In this document: piece after piece, positions 36,926 to 43,693 of the stretch
How the letters are laid out: each line of letters opens with the position of its first letter
Position numbering within the stretch: the first letter of the stretch is position 1
Source of the DNA: Chloroflexota bacterium
GTDB taxonomy: Bacteria; Chloroflexota; Dehalococcoidia; Lucifugimonadales; JADFKI01
Direction: 5' to 3'
NCBI GenBank assembly: GCA_022572805.1
Contig: JACZVF010000002.1
Span: 1-43,693 of the forward strand
DNA length: 43,693 bases
Position numbers and translations under genes: made by a program
Notes under the pieces: generated by a model
The model's input: only the letters and a program-made list of their open reading frames with translations
Told to the model about the DNA's origin: nothing
The model's database searches: none

Positions 36926-37107
36926 TAAAATCCACATTTATTCCAATCATCAGCATTCATGTTGACCATGAAAATCCGCTCGGAAATAGATCATATTAAA
37001 ATTGGGATGTCTAACCTTTAGTATAGGCCAAGCACGCGATTCAAGGCAGCGGTCGGACCTACGTCGACGCCGACGGGCTGGGCAACACCGGCTCCAGCTA
37101 CGGCGGC

Positions 37108-37322
37108 TACGTGAGCAGTTGGATCATAAAAAAGGCCTCGTCGGCAAAAGGCAATTCGTAAGTGGTTCTGGCACAGAACTAAGCGTTCGTCAGTCCAACT
37201 CGCTTCGCGATAGATCTCGCAATTTCAACTTGGCTTGGCTCAATATCGATGCCGTGTGCTGTACGTCCGTCTTGTTCGTGACTGGATCCCGGGCAGACGC
37301 TCGATGCCGAAGCATTCGATAG
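37108..37322 (-). pseudogene. Possible remnant of a class I SAM-dependent methyltransferase
   Basis: Two minus-strand fragments lie in different frames. They read ..SVCPGSSHEQDGRTAHGIDIEPSQVEIARSIAKRVGLTNA* and ..TTYELPFADEAFFMIQLLT*. Both resemble the post-motif-I region (GIDISP.M.E.AR) and the LPF.D.SFD region of class I methyltransferases. Confidence 0.3.
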
Positions 37323-37346
37323 GGCAACGATTAGGGAACGCTCATC

Positions 37347-37904
37347 TCAGGTTGAGACTGCCGGCTTCAGCTTATCCAGATATTCCTTGCGGAACTTGAC
37401 CAACTTCGGTGAGATTATCATCTGGCAGTACGGCGCATTATTGTTCTTTCGATAATACTGCTGATGCTCGTCCTCTGCCGGATAAAAACCAGACAGCGAT
37501 GTGACTTCCGTCACAATGGCGCTACTCCATGTTTTTGCCTCATCCAACGCCGCGATCGCATTCTCGGCAGCAAGTTTCTGCTCTGGTGAATGGAAAAAGA
37601 TGGCCGATCTATACGAGGCACCGACATCATAGCCCTGACGGTTCAGCGTCGTCGGATCATGGATAGCAAAGAATATATCTAGGATCTCGTCATAGGAGAT
37701 GATTTTGGAATCGAAAGTAATCTGAACGGCCTCAGCATGACCGGTTGTCTCGGAGCAGACTTGCCGATAAGTAGGTTGAATCACATCGCCGCCAGAATAG
37801 CCTGAGACGACTTTTTCGACCCCTTTAACCTGTTCGAATACTGCTTCTAGACACCAGAAACAGCCTCCAGCCAGCGTAGCCGAACCCGTGTCGTGAGCAT
37901 CCAT
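37347..37904 (-). CDS. msrA: Peptide-methionine (S)-S-oxide reductase
   Basis: The GGCFWCLEAVF active site is present (the Cys form). The protein is 185 aa. Confidence 0.93.
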   Translation of the reverse strand: MDAHDTGSATLAGGCFWCLEAVFEQVKGVEKVVSGYSGGDVIQPTYRQVCSETTGHAEAVQITFDSKIISYDEILDIFFAIHDPTTLNRQGYDVGASYRSAIFFHSPEQKLAAENAIAALDEAKTWSSAIVTEVTSLSGFYPAEDEHQQYYRKNNNAPYCQMIISPKLVKFRKEYLDKLKPAVST

Positions 37905-38133
37905 TTTGCTGTCCCTCCGATGGAAAATAACAATTGAACAATTAAAGAAACGTAGTTCCCGTTGGGGCGATTATATCAGCCCAGCTTTGCCAGTGGCTTT
38001 ACTTCAAGGACCGGAGCAGCATTGTCGCAGCCGTTCCAGGGTTGTTTTACGACATTATTGTTCTGTTGGCATAGCAAACTATTCCGCGGACCGGTCAGAA
38101 AGACCGCCAGGAGCCATACCGCTGATGGCTCAC

Positions 38134-38720
38134 TCACCCGATGCGCTCGACGGGTGGTGGTGGCCGCTCTCCGTAGACTTGCGGGTCCACAACGTGTGGC
38201 GCCCGCTCTCCCTTTATCGCCAGGATGACGTTGTCGGCGACAGTCCGTGCCATGTCAATGCGCAGGTCCCTAGTTGCTGTCCCGATGTGAGCAGTCAACA
38301 CGACGTTTCGCATTTTAAGAAGCCTGGAATCTGGATTAGGCTCCGAGATCGGACTGAGGTGGACCCCATTAGTTGGACAATAAAAGGGCGCTGTTAAGAG
38401 AGCGCCGACCCGTCTTAGGGTTCAATTGTGTGTATTCAGTCCTTCGCCTAAGAAACTCCCACAAGATCTCATCCAATCATGATACAAATCGAGGTCCCGT
38501 AAGCATACTAACGCTTCGTTCACCTATAATTCCCGGCTCGGTTCACCGACGTTTGATAGCCTCAAGGAAATCTGATTCCTTAATTGTTTCCGCCGTCGCC
38601 AGGGGGCACCCGGCGAGCATATTTGGGCGGAAATGAGTACGTCTACGCGGCTGGCGGCAGACATCCGGATTTCAGTCCGTAACCATATCTGCGCCATCGA
38701 CGCTTGTGGCAGGCAATCCT
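38134..38720 (-). pseudogene. Decayed D-isomer-specific 2-hydroxyacid dehydrogenase
   Basis: An intact C-terminal piece reads ..EPNPDSRLLKMRNVVLTAHIGTATRDLRIDMARTVADNVILAIKGERAPHVV..* and ends at 38134. Upstream fragments in shifted frames (..TAETIKESDFLEAIKRR*, VNRAGNYR*) resemble the NAD-domain region. Several stops interrupt them and there is no N-terminal domain. Confidence 0.5.
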
Positions 38721-38781
38721 TGCCTTTGAGGGGGTCTGGAAAATTCAATAAGCGCGGTGTCGAAAGCTTTAAGTCAAAGTC

Positions 38782-40344
38782 ATGAACCTTTCCAGATCCG
38801 GCATACTAAATAATTGGACTGTCCACAAGCGCATAAGCCGCGTTGCAAACGACGCGCTGTCCTACCAGGTATCCTTCCTCACCTGGAGGCGGCTTGCAAC
38901 TTTCGTGGTCGCTCCACTGGGCCTTCTCACGTTCATGGCCGCTTTGATTGCTCAGAGCCTGGGTATCGGGGGGCAAGGCGGGTCCAATTTCGCAGAGATG
39001 GCCATTGCTTCCTACGGCCTTGGCGGATTTTTCGCCGGACTGGTTATCGCGCTTCCGGCCAGCAGGACCCGCCTGGTGAAGCTCAGTCCCAGGTTTATGG
39101 CGGCTCTGGACAGACCACTGAGGCCGGTGTGGATACTGCTGCACGTCGCTGTCTTGAGTGGCGTTTTCGTCTTCTACGTCACAACATTCGTATTTCACCC
39201 ACACCAGTTACAGGAAAGCTGGCTGTTCGGCGCCGACAATATGAAGCGCGTCTATTTCGGCGCATTCGATGGTTGGGGGGCCTACAGGCACCTCCTGTTC
39301 GTGTTTACAGCCGTCCCTTTATTCAAGGTCGTCCGATCCGTCCAAATTGTCATAGGGGAAGGCCAGGTGCTCCTGAATGTGGCCTTCGTAATTCCGCTAG
39401 CCCTGGCGGGCGCCGTGAATTTATATGTGGCCTTCCGCATTTTCCTGATTAATCACGAGGACAAGGTGTCCGCTCTCCTGTTCACGCTTCTTTACGGCGT
39501 CGCTGCTTCCACCTGGATATTTTCCAGCTTTCCGGAGACACACCTTGTAACGACCCTTGCATCCAACATCTTCCTGGTCATTCTTATATCGCAGCCCAAC
39601 GTGATGTCGTCCTTACCGGCATTGGCTACGATGAATGCGGTGGCCGCCTATGCGGCGCCCCAGCAGGTGTTGCTAGCTCTTGTGCCCGGATTTTCCTACA
39701 TCATCCAGAACCGATGGAGCCTGCGATCTTTCGGCCCTGTTATCAAATACGGCCTGATAGTCGGCGTTTTGTTCCTGATACCCTACCTCACCGTCTTAAA
39801 GCAACCGGACAATGAAGTTCTGTACTTTGTGCGTGGCTGGGCGGACGTTGGGAACTTTTTTGAGCCCGAATGGTACATACTGGTGTTCTTGAACTTCCTG
39901 CCGTTCGCGGTTATAGGTCCCGTCGTTCACCCGAATATCTACTCGGAGCACAGCCTTGCCGTCCTGGGCCAGCTCTCCGTACCGTGGATGATATTGACAT
40001 CCATCTTCGCCATCTTCGCAGCCAGGTGTCTATGGGGCCTACGGTCGTCCCACGCTAAGGCGAAGAGGCTGGTGCCCGGCCTGGCCCTGTTTGCAATAGC
40101 CTACATTTTAGTTTTCCTCTACGTTGACCCCAGGGAGAGCTTCATATTCGCCGTGATGTCGCTGTTGCCCTGGCTCCTCATACTGCACACTGGCTACGTC
40201 GGGATTTCGAGCCGGCTGTGGCGAATTGTCCTGGCCTGCCTGGTTATTGGCATATTCATCAACAATTTGATGCTCATGGATTTCATAAATGAGCTTATAG
40301 AGGCCCATCCCGGAGACTGGATAATTCTGGAGTCGAGGATCTAG
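38782..40344 (+). CDS. Large polytopic membrane protein (about 13 TM), family unrecognised, possibly GT-C-like
   Basis: The 520-aa ORF is hydrophobic throughout. It lies directly upstream of a GT-C-like gene. Confidence 0.6.
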   Translation: MNLSRSGILNNWTVHKRISRVANDALSYQVSFLTWRRLATFVVAPLGLLTFMAALIAQSLGIGGQGGSNFAEMAIASYGLGGFFAGLVIALPASRTRLVKLSPRFMAALDRPLRPVWILLHVAVLSGVFVFYVTTFVFHPHQLQESWLFGADNMKRVYFGAFDGWGAYRHLLFVFTAVPLFKVVRSVQIVIGEGQVLLNVAFVIPLALAGAVNLYVAFRIFLINHEDKVSALLFTLLYGVAASTWIFSSFPETHLVTTLASNIFLVILISQPNVMSSLPALATMNAVAAYAAPQQVLLALVPGFSYIIQNRWSLRSFGPVIKYGLIVGVLFLIPYLTVLKQPDNEVLYFVRGWADVGNFFEPEWYILVFLNFLPFAVIGPVVHPNIYSEHSLAVLGQLSVPWMILTSIFAIFAARCLWGLRSSHAKAKRLVPGLALFAIAYILVFLYVDPRESFIFAVMSLLPWLLILHTGYVGISSRLWRIVLACLVIGIFINNLMLMDFINELIEAHPGDWIILESRI

Positions 40345-40553
40345 GAATCATATATGTGCAGCAGCCGGACAGGGTTTCCTAGGCTGCCTGTCCCTTGGAC
40401 GGAGGGGGCGATTCCTCGCTTGAATAAGGTATTTGTAAACTGGGTCCGCCACAAGGATCCTTGGCTGATGTTGAACACCATAGTCGAACGAATGGTGAGG
40501 GCTGTAGGCGACGTATTGACATCTAGTTCACAGTGTGTGCTGCTCTCGAATAG

Positions 40554-42731
40554 TTGCCGGAGGTCGGACGAGACGTGCTGGAGATCCTGACGGTCTTGCC
40601 AGACAATATATCCAGACTAGTCAACCAAGCCGTCAAGCTCGTGTTGATAGGCGTAGGAATTGTGACGGTCGCGGTGGCCCTCTACCTGCCGGAGCTACGG
40701 CAGGCGGACGGCTGGCTGGGATACAACGCGTGGGCGATGGCTTTGGCCGGCGTAGCCTTGGTGCTGATAGGCCTGCTTTACAGCACAGTCTGGCAACGGT
40801 TTTCCCTGGCGTTCTCGCTGGCAATGCTGGGTCAGACGACGGCGCTGGCGCTGATATTCTCGCCTTCGTACAACATTCTTGAGCACTATTACACATGGCA
40901 CTCGGTTTTGGCCTCCGGCAGACTCCTATTTCTGATCGGGCCGGCAGCACAGTCCTCGGTGGTTGTCTACTTGGGCTGGCGTTACAGACTATCCATTCTC
41001 CATGCAGTCAGGAAAACTCTTGGTGTAGCGCAGATCTCCATTGCTGGAGCGGTCGTGCTGTTTGGCCTGGCGAACATCTCCTTTGATGTGTCCAGGTACC
41101 TGGGCGAGTTGGTGCTTGCAGGGTGGATAGTCACCGTGAACGCGGCCGGCATTGCCATTGTCGCCTTTTCCATCCCGAGGGACTCGTTGCCAGGACTGCA
41201 AGAGAAGGCGTGTCTACTATTTCGGAGGCTGGACAGGCGCCTTCCATGGATTGTGGCAGCCTGGGTATTAACGGCATCGTCCATTTTGTCGTTGCTGGTG
41301 CTTGACGGACTCCCCCATATTTCAGACGCCGTTTCGTACCTACACCAGGCTAAGTATTTCGCTGCTGGGCTGCTTTATTTGCCTGTACCTCCGGATGCGC
41401 TGGCGTTCGATTACGAAAAGTTTCATAATGATGGGTCACGTTTCTGGTCGTACGGGTTCCCCGGCTGGCCTGCGGCGTTAAGTCTGGGCGTGTTGGCCGG
41501 GATTCCCTGGATTGTTAATCCTCTCCTCGCCGCCGGCACCATAATCTTGACGCACTTTACCGTTTCCAAGCTTTACAACCGTCGGCTCGCCCACTTGGTA
41601 GTGCTGCTGCTCGCCGTATCACCCTGGTTCCTCGTAATGTCTGCCACCTTCATGGCCCATGCGCTGACGGCTGCGTGGGCGATCGCGGCGCTGGCCGCCA
41701 TTATCAAGGCAAGAGAGTCTATGCCGCTGTTGTGGGGAACGCTGGCCGGCGCTTCGCTGGCAGGTCTGTTGCTAACGCGGCCTCTGGAAGGCGTGTTGAT
41801 CGGATGCGCCATTGGAATCTGGTTGCTGGTCAAGGACAGAAGAAGGGCAATTCTTCCTCTGCTGAGCCTGGCCGTCGGGGGCATCGTCGTCGGGCAACTG
41901 TTTTTTGCATACAACAATGCCCTGACCGGCAGTCCGTTCCTTACACCCCACCAGGTGATGACGGACGCCAGATATTACCCTGGAGCAGACAGGCTCGGCT
42001 TCGGCAGCGACGTAGGGGCATACGGCTGGCGACACCTGGACCCATTGTCTGGGCACGGACCGATTGACGTAGTCCTCAACATCCAGATGAATTACTACAT
42101 GTCCAACTTTGAGCTTTTCGGCTGGGCGTTCGGCTCCATGTCATTCGTGGCCCTACTTCTTCTCTGGCGGAAAGCTGGGATAAACGACGCACTGTTCCTG
42201 TTGATCATCGGAGTCGTTGTCGTAGGTCACACCCCATTTTGGTTCAGTGGAGGCCCAGACATAGGGGCAAGGTACTGGTACCAGCTTCTCATTCCCTTGA
42301 CTGTGCTCACGGCCAGGGGAATGATGGAATTGCAGTCGCGGTGGGCGCGGACCGGCGGGTCCAGCGCCGGCGCCACCAGGATTTGGATCTTCGTGGCCTC
42401 GGCTTCTCTAATTGCGCTGCTCGTCTTTTTGCCTTGGCGAAGCATTGTGAAGTACCACAACTACCTGGGCCTAAACACCGAGATAGCTGAACTGGTGTAC
42501 TCGCCCACGTTCGATAACTCCGTGATATTCGTAGCGGAGGAGGGGCCGGAAGATTATGCCCGCGCCCTATTGCTGAACTCACCCATTCTGGAGTCGGGAA
42601 GGGTTATACTAGCCCGCGACCTTGGCTTCGAAAGCAGGGCGGTCATAATGCAGGAATACCCCGACCGGAAGCCCTGGATTGCTCGGCATGCTTTTCCAGG
42701 CGGGCCTTTTGAAATCGTGGAGGCTCAGTAG
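40554..42731 (+). CDS. GT-C-fold glycosyltransferase-like membrane protein (ArnT/PMT family 39/83-like) with an N-terminal multi-TM extension
   Basis: The central region LDGLPHISDAVSYLHQAKYFAAG...GFPGWPAALSLGV...LLAVSPWFL.. resembles the first periplasmic loop and TM core of ArnT/PMT_2 enzymes. A soluble C-terminal domain is present. The start codon is uncertain (TTG 40554 or GTG 40575). Confidence 0.6.
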   Translation: MPEVGRDVLEILTVLPDNISRLVNQAVKLVLIGVGIVTVAVALYLPELRQADGWLGYNAWAMALAGVALVLIGLLYSTVWQRFSLAFSLAMLGQTTALALIFSPSYNILEHYYTWHSVLASGRLLFLIGPAAQSSVVVYLGWRYRLSILHAVRKTLGVAQISIAGAVVLFGLANISFDVSRYLGELVLAGWIVTVNAAGIAIVAFSIPRDSLPGLQEKACLLFRRLDRRLPWIVAAWVLTASSILSLLVLDGLPHISDAVSYLHQAKYFAAGLLYLPVPPDALAFDYEKFHNDGSRFWSYGFPGWPAALSLGVLAGIPWIVNPLLAAGTIILTHFTVSKLYNRRLAHLVVLLLAVSPWFLVMSATFMAHALTAAWAIAALAAIIKARESMPLLWGTLAGASLAGLLLTRPLEGVLIGCAIGIWLLVKDRRRAILPLLSLAVGGIVVGQLFFAYNNALTGSPFLTPHQVMTDARYYPGADRLGFGSDVGAYGWRHLDPLSGHGPIDVVLNIQMNYYMSNFELFGWAFGSMSFVALLLLWRKAGINDALFLLIIGVVVVGHTPFWFSGGPDIGARYWYQLLIPLTVLTARGMMELQSRWARTGGSSAGATRIWIFVASASLIALLVFLPWRSIVKYHNYLGLNTEIAELVYSPTFDNSVIFVAEEGPEDYARALLLNSPILESGRVILARDLGFESRAVIMQEYPDRKPWIARHAFPGGPFEIVEAQ

Positions 42732-43276
42732 CGGCAGGTCGCGCGGGATCTCTGTCGAGACCAGGCCTTCGAGGTCGTAAAATGTCTCATCTCAAGTCTA
42801 CGTCCGTTCGAACCTACCCGTCGTGCATTGCCACAGGCCACTGAAGTTGCGGGGCCGGTTGAAACCTGCCTGCCGCTCATTGCTGCAGCATTTCTGAAGG
42901 TAAATGCATAGCCAGACATCTGGTGGTATCGTTCTCAGTCCCCTCGTCTTCGGGGCTATGACCGTGGAACGTCGGCGAAAGTGGAGCCGCGACAATGAAT
43001 TCAGCCGCATAGACGGAATTTGACCCCGACAGACATGGACTATCCCCTGGAAAAGAGCATCATTTCCCCGGAACACGTCGGATAAAAATAAGGTCATCCT
43101 GCAGTGTAACCATCCAACTCTCCTCGGTTCTCCGCCACGGTCTGGTTGTATCGATTATCAACCAATCCGTTGTGCGTTGCCAAATGGGAAAATCGGCCGA
43201 AGCTTCAACTCATCTCGGCATACGAAGACTGTATCCCCGTTCAAAGATTTATTCAGTATCGGAGGAGCATCCGGTA

Positions 43277-43480
43277 ATGGACCAAACAGCGGTAGCGCAT
43301 CGACCGTCAATTATTATTTTCATCTTATATCACCGATTTGATGAGTCAATATTCGTCAAGTTGGCATTAGACGAACTTGATCAGCCTGGCGTCTTTAATT
43401 CTCCCCCAGTGCGGGTATTGAAACATTTACCGACCTTGAGAAATTACCACGGCTACCCGCCATTCGCTGTATTTGATTGA
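43277..43480 (+). CDS. Small hypothetical ORF (67 aa) in an AT-rich tail
   Basis: ATG 43277 lies 9 nt after GGAGGAG. The N-terminus RPSIIIFILYHRFDESIFVKLALDELDQ faintly recalls a GT2 N-terminus, but the ORF is far too short. Confidence 0.25.
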   Translation: MDQTAVAHRPSIIIFILYHRFDESIFVKLALDELDQPGVFNSPPVRVLKHLPTLRNYHGYPPFAVFD

Positions 43481-43693
43481 ATGTGCACAGCTCCTCCAGG
43501 TGAAATGTGTGGTTTATTTGACAAATTATTGAAGCCTCTTGACCTGCCCCACAAATATGTACCAGTTCTTATGTTAGTGTGGCAAGCTCAAGAGCAGGTT
43601 GACCTACCAGGACAGTCTCGGGCACGGCCGGCCTAATCAGCCTGGCCCTAGCTCACTGCGGCAGCAGGAGCGTACGTCGGCACGGCGCTTTTA

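Noticed and set aside
42732-43693. Right-end tail: ORFs 42798..43097(-), 42725..42919(-) and a possible gene end at 43648
   Set aside because: These ORFs have no RBS, motif or protein-like composition. The last ~45 nt could be the C-terminus of a minus-strand gene entering from outside the window, but 14 codons cannot support a call.
1-43693. Search for CRISPR arrays, IS elements or transposases, integrases, toxin-antitoxin pairs and defence-system hallmarks
   Set aside because: I saw no regularly spaced direct repeats, no DDE/HUH/recombinase-like ORFs, and no small adjacent gene pairs with TA-like features. The Lon-like protease lacks the BREX or other defence gene context. The only dispersed repeat is the pair reported in the findings.

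Overview
GC-rich bacterial chromosomal window. The phylum cannot be determined from the sequence alone; a Chloroflexota-like origin is only a guess, based on Cheo-type LexA boxes and gene content. I support about 35 protein genes, one tRNA-Leu(CAA), several sigma70-like TTGACA-N17-TATAAT promoters and several intrinsic terminators. I saw no rRNA, CRISPR array, transposase or integrase. Left to right the window holds:
- a partial SDR, dnaN and a type-1 copper lipoprotein;
- divergent lexA with SOS boxes;
- a csoR-copA-YHS copper efflux operon;
- tRNA-Leu followed by a decayed ORF;
- an alkaline-phosphatase-family hydrolase and an SDR;
- a predicted selenoprotein, then hemolysin-III, a fatty acid desaturase and a J-domain membrane protein;
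- two orphan small genes, an AT-rich island and an Lrp/AsnC regulator;
- a GreA-like factor with an extra N-terminal domain and a CaCA-type transporter;
- a YdiJ-like FAD/Fe-S dehydrogenase and a Lon-like protease with degenerate ATPase motifs;
- two thioredoxin-fold lipoproteins, an MmsB-like dehydrogenase, an M16 peptidase and a beta-propeller lactonase;
- xdhC plus a mocA-like gene, an ABC-F ATPase and msrA flanked by pseudogene debris;
- two very large polytopic, GT-C-like membrane proteins.

The most notable observations are:
1. An in-frame UGA at 11786-11788 with a SECIS-like hairpin fuses two track ORFs into one 548-aa UxxC selenoprotein carrying a large uncharacterised C-terminal domain.
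2. A roughly 100-120 nt structured repeat occurs twice in inverted orientation (26.5 kb and 36.8 kb). One copy abuts the ABC-F start codon.
3. A gene-decay zone lies at 36.9-38.8 kb.
4. There are unusual domain variants: a GreA fusion and an ATPase-dead Lon.

I found no recognisable defence island or complete novel multi-gene system. All calls come from reading the sequence and the translations; no searches were run.
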